Assembly: GCA_040776945.1 (NCBI GenBank)
Contig: JAXGZN010000002.1
Span: 928,001 to 992,000, forward strand
DNA: 64,000 nt
Direction: 5' to 3'
Source of the DNA: Methanomassiliicoccaceae archaeon
GTDB taxonomy: Archaea > Thermoplasmatota > Thermoplasmata > Methanomassiliicoccales > Methanomassiliicoccaceae
The notes beneath the pieces were generated by a model that was not told the DNA's origin, searched no databases, and saw only the letters and a program-made list of their open reading frames with translations. This document shows, piece after piece, positions 39,822 through 49,417 of this stretch. Position 1 is the stretch's first letter, and each line of letters opens with the position of its first letter. The translations under genes and the position numbers were made by a program.

Positions 39822-39843
39822 CCCGGACGCGTTACTTCACCGA

Positions 39844-40461
39844 ATGAGCGACGTGGGGTCGACCCTTTGGGGACTTTTCGAACCTCTTGGCCCTTGGGGA
39901 GGGCTAGCGTTCATCTTCCTGCTGTTCTACATCGACGCCATCATAATCCCTACTCTCCCTGAGCTATTCGTCGTGCTGGTCTTCCTGGCCCAGAGCAGCG
40001 GGAGCGGTGATTGGATGGTCCTGTACGGCGCCATCATGCTCCTCACCATCGCCGTCGCAGAGATAGTAGGCGTCCTGACCCTGTACCTTGTTATAAAAAG
40101 GGCCAAGCTGGGCGAGTACCGGGCCAAGATCAGCCGGGCGGTCGAGAGATATAGATGCTTCCTTCTGGTCCCTGACGAGCGGATGATCCTGCTGAACCGC
40201 ATCGCGCCCATATTGCCGTTCCTGGGAGGCTTCATCGCCCTTTCCCGCTGGAACCTCAGGAGATGCATGGCCTATGTCGTTATCGGAGGCGTGCTGAAGT
40301 ACGGCATAATCCTCCTGCTGAGCGGCTTCTTCCTGGCCTACTTCTCCCAGGGGACGGCCCAGGCCGCTACCCTGGCCATGATCGTCGCCATATTGATCGC
40401 CAGTTTTGTGGCCTCCTTCATACGCAAGAGGAAATGTGAGAATGCGAATCGTTCTGCTTAA
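39844..40461 (+). CDS. Membrane protein, DedA/VTT-like
   Basis: DAIIIPTLPE, NRIAPILPF; about 4-5 hydrophobic segments. Confidence 0.7.
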   Translation: MSDVGSTLWGLFEPLGPWGGLAFIFLLFYIDAIIIPTLPELFVVLVFLAQSSGSGDWMVLYGAIMLLTIAVAEIVGVLTLYLVIKRAKLGEYRAKISRAVERYRCFLLVPDERMILLNRIAPILPFLGGFIALSRWNLRRCMAYVVIGGVLKYGIILLLSGFFLAYFSQGTAQAATLAMIVAILIASFVASFIRKRKCENANRSA

Positions 40462-41506
40462 TCCGTACCACTACCCTTACATGGGAGGCATCGAGTACCG
40501 GCTCCATGAGGTGGCCAAGAGGCTCTCGGACAAGCATGAGATGATCGTCCTGACCTCAAGGCTGGCCGACACTCCGGCCGAGGAGGAGCGGGACGGCTAC
40601 CGCATCATACGTCTCCCCTCCAAGTTCTACGGGAGCTACAACCCGCCCTACGTGACCACCCCTGGAGTGCTGGAGGCCCTTGAGGGCTTAGATCCGGACG
40701 TGGTGGACTTCCACTATCGCTGGGCTCCCTCATATACTAAGGCCATACGCCGGTACGGCGGGCGCTGGACGTTCACGTTCCACAACACCTATGGGGAAGG
40801 GGAAGGCCTCGGCCGCTTGGTTAGCATGGTGAACGACTCGCTGTTCTGCCGGCACATCCGAAACCATCGGGTCATCTGCATTACCGAGTTCATCAAGAGA
40901 GACCTGATCGCGCGGAGGTTCCGCCCGGAGATGCTTGACGTAGTGCCTCCAGGCATCGATATGGCAGAGGGCGAGCCCCGGGAGGGGGACCACATCCTCT
41001 TCGTCGGACGACTGGTGGGCACCAAGGGGCTCCCTTACCTTATCAAGGCCATGAGTGATGTCGATGGCAGGCTCGTCATCGTCGGCGACGGACCTGAGCG
41101 GGACCGCCTTCGGTCGCTGGCGCGCTCCGCCGGCGTCGCCGGCAAGGTCGAGTTCACCGGATGGGTGAGCCCGGAGAGGAAGGAGGAACTGCTCTCTAGC
41201 TGCAAGGTGTTCTGCATGCCCTCCCTGTTCGAGTCCTATGGCATGGCGGTGGCCGAGGCCATGACCTGGGGGAGGCCCGTGGTGGCGTCGAGGATCGGCG
41301 GCTTGCCAGAGGTGGTGGGGAACGCGGGAACGCTGGTGCCACCGAGGGACAGCCGCGCCCTGGCAGATGCTCTGACCACCATGCTGAGCGATGATGCGTT
41401 CCGGCACGCCTGTTCCGCCGAGGCTCGGCGGCATATCCTGCGGTTCTCATGGCCTGCCGTGCTCAAGGACCTCGAGGCGGTCTACGCCCGGGTGGCCGAG
41501 GAATAG
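40442..41506 (+). CDS. GT4 glycosyltransferase
   Basis: GGIE, FVGRL..KG, ESYGMAVAEAM. Confidence 0.9.
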   Translation: MRIVLLNPYHYPYMGGIEYRLHEVAKRLSDKHEMIVLTSRLADTPAEEERDGYRIIRLPSKFYGSYNPPYVTTPGVLEALEGLDPDVVDFHYRWAPSYTKAIRRYGGRWTFTFHNTYGEGEGLGRLVSMVNDSLFCRHIRNHRVICITEFIKRDLIARRFRPEMLDVVPPGIDMAEGEPREGDHILFVGRLVGTKGLPYLIKAMSDVDGRLVIVGDGPERDRLRSLARSAGVAGKVEFTGWVSPERKEELLSSCKVFCMPSLFESYGMAVAEAMTWGRPVVASRIGGLPEVVGNAGTLVPPRDSRALADALTTMLSDDAFRHACSAEARRHILRFSWPAVLKDLEAVYARVAEE

Positions 41507-41569
41507 TGCCGCTGCTGGCCTGCAGGGCAACCGGACCGTGGGGGATGGTTATGGAAAAATGAGGAGGTT

Positions 41570-42439
41570 TCAGCCGATGGAGATCAAGGTGACGATGAAG
41601 GTCAGCTCCACGCCCAATATCTGATTGTTGCGGTCGATGATTGCGGTCCCCGCGGTCTCGTCCACGCTCTTCACGTAGAACTTGGTCCTTGCCTCGTCGA
41701 TGCCCTTCACGGACATCGCGCTGGAAGCGTTCAGGTGGTGGCGCAGTACTATGTTCTCCCCGCTGGCGTCATACTCGGCGGTGACGTTCCACCCGTAGCT
41801 CGGATCGCTCGGCGAGCCGAAGGCGTGATAGACGGAGCCGTTGACCGGCTGGTTCTGCACCATGACCTTCGAGCTGTCCACCAGGCCGGTGTACACCGTC
41901 CAACCGTAGTTGGGATCGGTGTACAGGGTGAACTGCGATGGCGCAACGCCGAAATAGCTCCGAAACTCGTCCACGCCCATCTGTTTGTTCGCCGGGATGG
42001 TCTCGGTGAGGTTCATGGCAGTGATCTTGGACTCGTTGGCCTGACCGTAGGCCTGCTCGACCGGAATGACCAGTGTCTTCGTCTCCCCGACCTTCATGCC
42101 CAGAACCCCCTTTTCGAAGCCGGGGATCATCTGCCCCTTGCCCACGGTGAAGTTGAGGGTGCCATAGGTGCTCTCGTCCCCTCGGAAGTTGAAGAACAGG
42201 GACTTCGGATAGGTAGCGTTGTCCACGGCCACCGCATAGAGTGAGGTATCGAAAACCTGGCCGTTCGGCAGCTTACCGATGTAGTCCACTCTCACCATGT
42301 CCCCTGAGGCGACGGTCCTGCCGTCGGTCAAGAACGCGTAAGCCCCGATGGACAAGGCGGCCACAATGACCACGGCGATGATTGCCGCCAGCGTTCCCTT
42401 CCGCCGCAACCGACCGGTTTTCGATGTTTTGGAGCCCAT
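41570..42439 (-). CDS. Membrane-anchored FKBP-type PPIase with long insertion
   Basis: Basic N-terminus + TM helix; VDYIG, VFDTS, MIPGFEKG, AYG. Confidence 0.85.
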   Translation of the reverse strand: MGSKTSKTGRLRRKGTLAAIIAVVIVAALSIGAYAFLTDGRTVASGDMVRVDYIGKLPNGQVFDTSLYAVAVDNATYPKSLFFNFRGDESTYGTLNFTVGKGQMIPGFEKGVLGMKVGETKTLVIPVEQAYGQANESKITAMNLTETIPANKQMGVDEFRSYFGVAPSQFTLYTDPNYGWTVYTGLVDSSKVMVQNQPVNGSVYHAFGSPSDPSYGWNVTAEYDASGENIVLRHHLNASSAMSVKGIDEARTKFYVKSVDETAGTAIIDRNNQILGVELTFIVTLISIG

Positions 42440-42572
42440 TGCAAAAGACCGGCCTATGATTCTGGAAGGGTCATTTAATGGTTGTGGGCAGGCACCGCTC
42501 TCGCGGGACAATGCTGGCATGATGGGCCCCATCTGAGAACCCTAAAATACGGGTCAGGTGTTACGACAGCCG

Positions 42573-44282
42573 ATGAAGACCCTTTATGTTCACTCTGACT
42601 ACCTGGAGTACGCCGTAAAGAAGCGGACGCCCGTGGCAGATCAGATCACCGAGGAAGAGAAGCAGGGCCGCTGGGAAGAGGTCCTTATCGATTTTATCAG
42701 CGTTGAGAAGCAGGACGAGGAGGATATCGAGGGCATGGCCAAGAGGGCCGCGGACGACGTTCTAGAGGTGGCCAAGAAGGTCGGGGCCAAGAGCATCGTC
42801 CTCTATCCCTACGCTCACCTGTCGTCCTCGCTAAGCTCCCCCGACGCGGGCAGGAAGATGCTCAGGACCATGGAGGATATCCTGCGGAAGGAAGGCGCCG
42901 AGGTCCATCGTGTTCCCTTCGGCTGGTACAAAGCGTTTAAGATGAGCTGCAAGGGGCATCCCCTCTCGGAGCTGTCCCGCGAGATCCGGGTGACCGAAAA
43001 GAAGCGGGTCGAGGTCGAGGACTTCGATCCCGCGGCGCTCCTTAAGCAGGTGTCCAAGTCCAAGCTAAGCAAGGGCGACCTCAAGGAGAACGACCACCGC
43101 ATCATCGGACAGAGGCTCGACCTCTTCAGCTTCTATGACGTCGCCCCGGGGATGGTGTTCTGGCACCCCAAGGGGATGGCCATCAGGAACGCGCTGATCG
43201 AGCTCTCGAGGGAGGAGCACCGCAAGGCAGGATACAGGGAGATACGCACGCCCCAGGTGATGAGCGATATCCTATGGAAGGTTTCCGGGCACTGGGGGCA
43301 CTACAAGGACAACATCTTCCTGACGAACTACGACGACAGGCAGTTCGCGGTCAAGCCCATGAACTGTCCCGGCGGCATACTGGTGTTCAAGGGCCGGGAG
43401 AGGAGCTACCGCGAGCTTCCGTTGAGGATGCTGGAGTTCGGCGACGTGCACCGCGTCGAGCTTTCCGGGGTGCTCTCCGGACTGTTCAGGGTGATCCAGT
43501 TCACCCAGGACGACGCGCACATCTACTGCACCGAGGGGTCGCTGGAATCGGAGATCGTGGGCGTGATGGCCCTGGTCGACCGCTTCTACAAGCTCTTCGG
43601 CTTCGAATACCGCATGGAGCTGTCCACCCGGCCGGAGAGCTTCATGGGCGATCCCGCGCTGTGGGACCGGGCGGAAGCGGCGCTGCGCAAGGCGCTCGAA
43701 GACCGCGGCGTCAAGTACGAGGTCAATGCCGGCGACGGCGCGTTCTACGGTCCGAAGATCGACTTCAAGATCAAGGACTCCCTGGGACGGGAGTGGCAGA
43801 CCGCTACCATCCAGCTCGACTTCCAGATGCCGGAAAGATTCCAGCTGGAATACGCCGGGGACGATGGCAGGATGCATCGGCCGATAATGCTCCACCGCAC
43901 CGTGTACGGCTCCCTGGAGAGGTTCATGGGCATCCTCCTGGAGCACCTCAACGGTAACCTGCCGGTTTGGCTGGCCCCGGTTCAGCTCAGGATCATTTCG
44001 TTCAAGGACAGCAACAACCAGGCGGCCGAGGCGGTGCACAAGAGGTTCTTCGATCTAGGATACCGCGTGGAACTGGACCTGAGCTATGGAACTGTGGAAG
44101 GCAAGATAAGGGACGCAGAGCTGCAGAAGATCCCGTACATCATCGTGATCGGGGACAAGGAGGAGCAGAGCAACACCCTTGCCGTCCGGCGGCACGGGAC
44201 CAAGGCACCGAGGTACGGTGTCAAGTTCGAGGACTTCGCCAAGCAGCTCGAGGAGGAGTCGGACCCTCATCGCGCGATATGA
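42573..44282 (+). CDS. thrS: Threonine--tRNA ligase
   Basis: Archaeal editing domain (YPYAHL, PFGWYKAF..CKGHPLSE); KPMNCP, FTQDDAH, GAFYGPKID. Confidence 0.96.
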   Translation: MKTLYVHSDYLEYAVKKRTPVADQITEEEKQGRWEEVLIDFISVEKQDEEDIEGMAKRAADDVLEVAKKVGAKSIVLYPYAHLSSSLSSPDAGRKMLRTMEDILRKEGAEVHRVPFGWYKAFKMSCKGHPLSELSREIRVTEKKRVEVEDFDPAALLKQVSKSKLSKGDLKENDHRIIGQRLDLFSFYDVAPGMVFWHPKGMAIRNALIELSREEHRKAGYREIRTPQVMSDILWKVSGHWGHYKDNIFLTNYDDRQFAVKPMNCPGGILVFKGRERSYRELPLRMLEFGDVHRVELSGVLSGLFRVIQFTQDDAHIYCTEGSLESEIVGVMALVDRFYKLFGFEYRMELSTRPESFMGDPALWDRAEAALRKALEDRGVKYEVNAGDGAFYGPKIDFKIKDSLGREWQTATIQLDFQMPERFQLEYAGDDGRMHRPIMLHRTVYGSLERFMGILLEHLNGNLPVWLAPVQLRIISFKDSNNQAAEAVHKRFFDLGYRVELDLSYGTVEGKIRDAELQKIPYIIVIGDKEEQSNTLAVRRHGTKAPRYGVKFEDFAKQLEEESDPHRAI

Positions 44283-44825
44283 GCGACGCCTTCCTCCAAT
44301 GGCCAGGGCACAGAACGCATTCATTAGAGCGAGGAAGGCATTTCCCCAGCGTAGGTCCAAGCGGTCCTAAACGTTCCAGCAAGGCCTATCTTCGTCGCTA
44401 AGGCCATCTTGAGGTGTTCGGCTTCGGCATGTCGAGTAAGAATCCCTGTCCCCAGGGATGCATATCAGGTCTCCGAGGAGCCTCTCCGCGGCCTCTGGGT
44501 CTTCGGTGGACCGGGGCGGACGATGAGAAAACTGGCCAAGCGGCGGCCTCTGAGCAGTTGTCCAGGGGCCCCGTTGCTGGCATCTATTCGTCGACCTTGC
44601 CGATAAGGGGCCTCGTGGGACCTGCCCTGAGGAACGGCACCGCATCACCGATGCCGGGGTTCCAGCCCTCTCACGCCGCCCGGTCTGCGCAGGGCCGACC
44701 TCTTCCCTCCGCTTGTTCCTGATGCAAATGACCTCATGGCAGGGCATGGGCCGAGCATGCTGTCCGAGGAACGAACGATGCCATGGCGGCCATCGGCATC
44801 CAATGTTGGAGGGAAAGGAAGAGGA

Positions 44826-45941
44826 TCAGCCGGACTGACGGACCAGTTCGGCGATGGCGTTCCCGGCCTGGACGGTGTTCAGCGTTCCGCCCATGTCGGC
44901 GGTAACCTTCTTCTGTTTCATGGCCATCTTGACAGCCCACTCTATCATGTTCCCCAGGTCCTGCCGGCCGAGCTGGTCGATCATCAGCTTCCCGGCAAGG
45001 ATGGCGGCGATGGGATTGGCCTTCCCCTGCCCGGCGATGTCCGGAGCGGAGCCGTGAACCGGCTCGAACATCGACACGCCGCCGGGCGAGATGTTCCCGG
45101 ACGCCGCCACCCCGAGGCCGCCCATGATCTCCGCCCCGATGTCGGTGAGGATGTCCCCGAACATGTTGGGGCAGGCGACCACCCCGAAGCGCTCCGGAGC
45201 GCGCACGAGGGCCATGGCCATGGCGTCCACGAACATGTACTCCACCGGGATTCCGTGCTGCTTGGACCTGCGGTCGAACACGTCCCGCCACAGTCCGTAA
45301 AGCTCGGTGCACACATTGGCCTTGTCCACCGCGGTGACCTTCGGCCTGTTGAGCCGCTTCGCGGTCTCGAAGCAGTAGTCGGCGAACCTCTCGATGCCCC
45401 GGCGGGACATCATGCCGATCTCGAACGCGAACTCCTGTTCCGAACTGGCCTTCGACCGAAGCTCCAGATCGACGGTGTACAGCTCGCGCTTCAGCGACAT
45501 CCTCGCCTCCGCGTCGAGCCCCTTCAGCACCCCTCCGGCGCCCATGTAAAGGTCCTCGGTGTTCTCCCTTAGGAACAGGATGTCGAAGTTCTTCTCTCCC
45601 TTGAGAGGAGTGTACGGATGCCAGGCCTTGGACGGTCGAACGTTCACGTACTGGTCGAAGGTCGTGCGCATCTTGATCAAGATGCCCTTCTCCAGCACTC
45701 CCGGCGCCACCCGGGGGTCGCCGATGGCGCCGAAGTACACCGCCTGGTGCTTGCGCATGAAGGCGATGTCCTCGTCCGTCAACAGCTCGCCGGTCCGGAG
45801 GTAGCGGTCGGAGCCCAGGTCCATATGCTCCAGCTGCAGGGTGACGCCCTCGGCGTCAGCCGCCGCCTGCAGGACCTTGACGCCCTCGGCGATCACCTCC
45901 TTGCCGATGCCGTCCCCCGGGGCCACGGCTATCTTGTACAT
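44826..45941 (-). CDS. leuB: 3-isopropylmalate dehydrogenase
   Basis: PGDGIG, RENTE, NMFGDILTD, EPVHGSAPDIAG; in leu operon. Confidence 0.85.
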   Translation of the reverse strand: MYKIAVAPGDGIGKEVIAEGVKVLQAAADAEGVTLQLEHMDLGSDRYLRTGELLTDEDIAFMRKHQAVYFGAIGDPRVAPGVLEKGILIKMRTTFDQYVNVRPSKAWHPYTPLKGEKNFDILFLRENTEDLYMGAGGVLKGLDAEARMSLKRELYTVDLELRSKASSEQEFAFEIGMMSRRGIERFADYCFETAKRLNRPKVTAVDKANVCTELYGLWRDVFDRRSKQHGIPVEYMFVDAMAMALVRAPERFGVVACPNMFGDILTDIGAEIMGGLGVAASGNISPGGVSMFEPVHGSAPDIAGQGKANPIAAILAGKLMIDQLGRQDLGNMIEWAVKMAMKQKKVTADMGGTLNTVQAGNAIAELVRQSG

Positions 45942-46423
45942 CGCTTGGCCTCCTTGATCCGAGCCATAAGGCCGCCCGAGGCGATCAGCTCCTTGACATA
46001 CTGGGGGTACTCGGGGAACGTCCATTCCTTCCCTCTGGTCTCGTTGCGCACCTTGCCACTGTCTATGTCCACCGATATCACGTCCCCCTCCTCGGCCTCG
46101 ATGCTGCACTCCACCAGTGCCAGGCCGATGTTGATGGAGTTGCGGTAGAATATCCGGGCGAAGCTCTCAGCGATGACCACGTCCACCCCGGCCTGCTTGA
46201 TGGAGCGGGGGGCGTGCTCCCTCGAGGAGCCGCAGCCGAAGTTCTTGCCCGCGACGATGATGTCCCCTTTCTTCACCGACTCGGTCAGGTCCGGGCGGAC
46301 CCTCTCGAAGAGGAAGTCCCCCAGGCAGTTGTTGTTCTGGCTAATCAATCGGTCGGCCGGGATTATCTGGTCAGTGTCCACGTGATCGCCGAACCTCCAC
46401 GCCTTTCCCTTGAACTTTTCCAT
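45929..46423 (-). CDS. leuD: 3-isopropylmalate dehydratase small subunit
   Basis: DTDQIIP, NFGCGSSREHA, SFARIFYRN. Confidence 0.88.
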   Translation of the reverse strand: MEKFKGKAWRFGDHVDTDQIIPADRLISQNNNCLGDFLFERVRPDLTESVKKGDIIVAGKNFGCGSSREHAPRSIKQAGVDVVIAESFARIFYRNSINIGLALVECSIEAEEGDVISVDIDSGKVRNETRGKEWTFPEYPQYVKELIASGGLMARIKEAKRCTR

Positions 46424-46432
46424 GTGACCACC

Positions 46433-47686
46433 TCACTCCGGCGCCGTGATCCGCCCGGCGATCGCGCTCGCCGCCACCACCGCCGGTCCGGCGAGATATA
46501 CGAACGAGTCCTTGTGCCCCATGCGGCCGATGAAGTTGCGGTTGGTCGAGGACACACATCTCTCACCCTTCGCCAACACCCCCATGTGCCCGCCCAGGCA
46601 GGCAGCGCAGGTTGGTCCGGAGACGAACGCCCCGGCCTTGACAAACTCGGCCAGCAGGCCCTCGCTCATCGCCTGCTCGTAGACCTGGGTGGATGCCGGC
46701 ACCACGATCATGCGCACGTCCTTATGCACCTTGCGGCCGCGAAGCACCTTTGCGGCGGCGCGGAGATCCTCGATGCGGCCGTTGGTGCAGGAGCCCAGGA
46801 ACGCCTGGTCGATGGTCACGTCGACCTCGCTGGCGGCCTTGCCGTTGCTCGGCAGGTGGGGGAGCGCCACCATGTAGTCGATGCTCCCGAGGTCGTACTC
46901 CAATTCCTTCCAGTAGGAGGCGTTGGGGTCGGCCGAGACCGGTGTGTACGGCCCGCGCACCCGCCCTCTGAGGAACTCCTCCGTCAGGAGGTCGCACGGG
47001 AATATGCCCGCCTTGCCGCCGGCCTCGATGGCCATGTTGCTGACGGTAAGCCGGTTGGAGACCGGTACTGAAGCGACCCCGGGGCCGGAGAACTCGAACG
47101 CCTTGTAGTTCGCTCCGTCCACGCCGATGTCGGTGATGATCTTGATGATGAGGTCCTTCCCGGAGACCATCCGCTCGAACTTACCTCTCAGCTTGACGTT
47201 GATCGCCTCCGGCACCTTGAACCACAGGCGCCCCTCGGCGAAGCACGCCGCCGCTTCGGTGCTCCCTATGCCGGTGGAGAACGCGTTGATCCCCCCGTAA
47301 GTGCAGGTATGCGAGTCCGCGCCCACGATAAGGCGGCCGGGTGCGGCGAAGCCCTCGTCGACCATGACCTGGTGGCATACCCCTCCGCGGCCGACCTCGA
47401 AGTAGTGCGGGAGAGAGTATCTCTTCACGAACTGCCGCATCTCGGCGGCCTGCTCGGCCGAGGCCACATCCTTGTTCGGCACGAAGTGGTCGGGGATCAG
47501 CACGATCTTGTCCTTGACCGGAGGGCAGCCCAGGGCCTCGAACTCCTGGAAGGCCAGCGGCGCGGTGACGTCGTTGGCCATGACGTAATCGATCTCCGCC
47601 TCGACGATCTGCCCGGCGCGGGCGTCCGTCCCGGAGTGGGCGGACATTATCTTCTCTGAGATGGTCTTCTCACCTGTCATCGTCAT
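46433..47686 (-). CDS. leuC: 3-isopropylmalate dehydratase large subunit
   Basis: DSHTCT, GSCTNGR, CAACLG, TNRNF. Confidence 0.88.
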   Translation of the reverse strand: MTMTGEKTISEKIMSAHSGTDARAGQIVEAEIDYVMANDVTAPLAFQEFEALGCPPVKDKIVLIPDHFVPNKDVASAEQAAEMRQFVKRYSLPHYFEVGRGGVCHQVMVDEGFAAPGRLIVGADSHTCTYGGINAFSTGIGSTEAAACFAEGRLWFKVPEAINVKLRGKFERMVSGKDLIIKIITDIGVDGANYKAFEFSGPGVASVPVSNRLTVSNMAIEAGGKAGIFPCDLLTEEFLRGRVRGPYTPVSADPNASYWKELEYDLGSIDYMVALPHLPSNGKAASEVDVTIDQAFLGSCTNGRIEDLRAAAKVLRGRKVHKDVRMIVVPASTQVYEQAMSEGLLAEFVKAGAFVSGPTCAACLGGHMGVLAKGERCVSSTNRNFIGRMGHKDSFVYLAGPAVVAASAIAGRITAPE

Positions 47687-49281
47687 TGCTCCTTCTTGCG
47701 GCAGTAAAGGCGGTCCAGCGCCTCCATGGTGGCGTCCACGCTCGTCTGCACGATATCGCTTCCGAGCGCCTTTCCGATCGACATCATCTTCCTGCCGCCG
47801 CTCCTGGCCACCCTGACGGAGACCTCGCACAGGGAATCGCTCCCGCCGGTGATGGCGCTGAGGCGATACTCCTCCAGGGATATGTCACTACCCATGACCG
47901 ACTTGATGGCGTTGATGGCCGCATCCACCGGCCCGATGCCGGTCGAGGTCCCGGTCTTCTTCTCCCCGTTCACCTCGATGGAGACGACCGCGGTAGGCGT
48001 GGTGTTGATGCCGGTGAACACCGCGAACTCCTTTAGGCGGACGTTCCTCGCCTCCTGCTGGCCGACGATGTGCGAGGCGAGCGCCACCAGCTCCGCGTCG
48101 TCCACGTCCTTGCCGCTGTCGGCCAGCTTCTTGACCTTTTCGACTATCTGGGCGACCTGCTCGTCCGAGAGGTCGATCCCGTACTCGCCGAGCTTCTCCT
48201 TTACCGAGTGCGCCCCGGTATGCTTGCCGATGACGATGTTTCTCTGCACCCCCACCAGCTCTGGACCGAAGGCCTCGTAGGTTGAGGGGTCTCCGAGCAC
48301 CCCGTGGACGTGGATGCCCGACTCGTGAGCGAAGGCGTTGTTGCCTATGATGGCCTTGTTCGGCGGTATCGGGTATCCGGTGATCCGACTGACCAGCTTG
48401 GAGGTCGGTCCGATCTTGCGGGTGTCCACCGAGGTCTCGATGTCGAAGAAGGCCATGAGAGAGAGGACCGCCTCCTCCAGCGCGGCGTTCCCCGCCCTCT
48501 CTCCCAGTCCGTTGACGGTGACGTGAACCTGCTGCGCGCCCTGCCGCACCGCGGCGATGGAGTTCGCCACCGCGAGGCCGAAATCGTCATGGCAGTGGAT
48601 GGATATCGGCACCTTCGTCACGGTCATGAGCTCCTTCACCAGATACTCCATGGCCGGCGGGGATATCGTTCCCACGGTGTCCGGGACGTTGATCTTGTCG
48701 ACCTTGGCGCCCTGCACCGCGATATGCATCTCCTTTAGGAAATCCAGGTCCGTCCGGGTGGCGTCCTCGCACGAGAACTCGACGGTAAGCCCGTGGGCCT
48801 TGGCGTACTCTATCGAATCGATCGCTCTGGCCTTTACCTGCTCGCGGTCCATCTTCAGCTTGTGCTTGAGGTGGATGTCGGAGGTGGCGATGAAGGTGTG
48901 CACGTAATCGAGTCCGCATCCCAGCAGCACGTCGATGTCCTTCCGGCTGCACCTGGCAAGGCCGCATACGCGGGCCCGGGACACCGTCGAGGCGATCTTC
49001 CTAACCGCCTCCTGCTCGCCGGCCGAGGCGGCCGGGAACCCCGCCTCTATGACGTCCACGCCCAGCTCGTCCAGCGCCTGGGCGATGCGCATCTTATCCT
49101 CTATGGAAAGCGCGATGCCGGGGGTCTGCTCTCCATCGCGGAGGGTGGTGTCCAGGACCATTATCCTTGAGGGCGTGGCCTCTGTCCGCGCCATGGCGTT
49201 GAACTGGCTGGTATACACTCTCTTTCGGTCCAGGGTAGGACGGGGATTTCTGGCTTGCTCTGTCGCTTTCAGGTCGACCAT
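47683..49281 (-). CDS. leuA: 2-isopropylmalate synthase (LeuA/CimA family) with regulatory domain
   Basis: DTTLRDGEQ, HTFIATS, HCHDDFG, HESGIH, C-terminal GIGPVDA. Confidence 0.85.
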   Translation of the reverse strand: MVDLKATEQARNPRPTLDRKRVYTSQFNAMARTEATPSRIMVLDTTLRDGEQTPGIALSIEDKMRIAQALDELGVDVIEAGFPAASAGEQEAVRKIASTVSRARVCGLARCSRKDIDVLLGCGLDYVHTFIATSDIHLKHKLKMDREQVKARAIDSIEYAKAHGLTVEFSCEDATRTDLDFLKEMHIAVQGAKVDKINVPDTVGTISPPAMEYLVKELMTVTKVPISIHCHDDFGLAVANSIAAVRQGAQQVHVTVNGLGERAGNAALEEAVLSLMAFFDIETSVDTRKIGPTSKLVSRITGYPIPPNKAIIGNNAFAHESGIHVHGVLGDPSTYEAFGPELVGVQRNIVIGKHTGAHSVKEKLGEYGIDLSDEQVAQIVEKVKKLADSGKDVDDAELVALASHIVGQQEARNVRLKEFAVFTGINTTPTAVVSIEVNGEKKTGTSTGIGPVDAAINAIKSVMGSDISLEEYRLSAITGGSDSLCEVSVRVARSGGRKMMSIGKALGSDIVQTSVDATMEALDRLYCRKKEQ

Positions 49282-49417
49282 GGGAATCGCCTCGAGAAGC
49301 CCGGGATAAAGCAATGCGTCTAGCGCTCACGCAAAAACAACGCCGCAGTGGCGGCAGTGACGCAGCTCTCCCGAGGATCGTTCACGGTAAGAGCATAAAA
49401 GAACGGGTGATAATAAA
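49282..49417 (-). promoter_or_regulatory. leuA promoter and structured 5' leader (attenuator-like)
   Basis: TTTATTAT at 49417-49410; nested stems; alternative pairing that covers the RBS. Confidence 0.5.

Noticed and set aside
44826-49281. Operon as coenzyme B (aks) or citramalate pathway
   Set aside because: The HTFIATS motif, regulatory domain and four-gene order favour leu; not fully excluded without phylogeny
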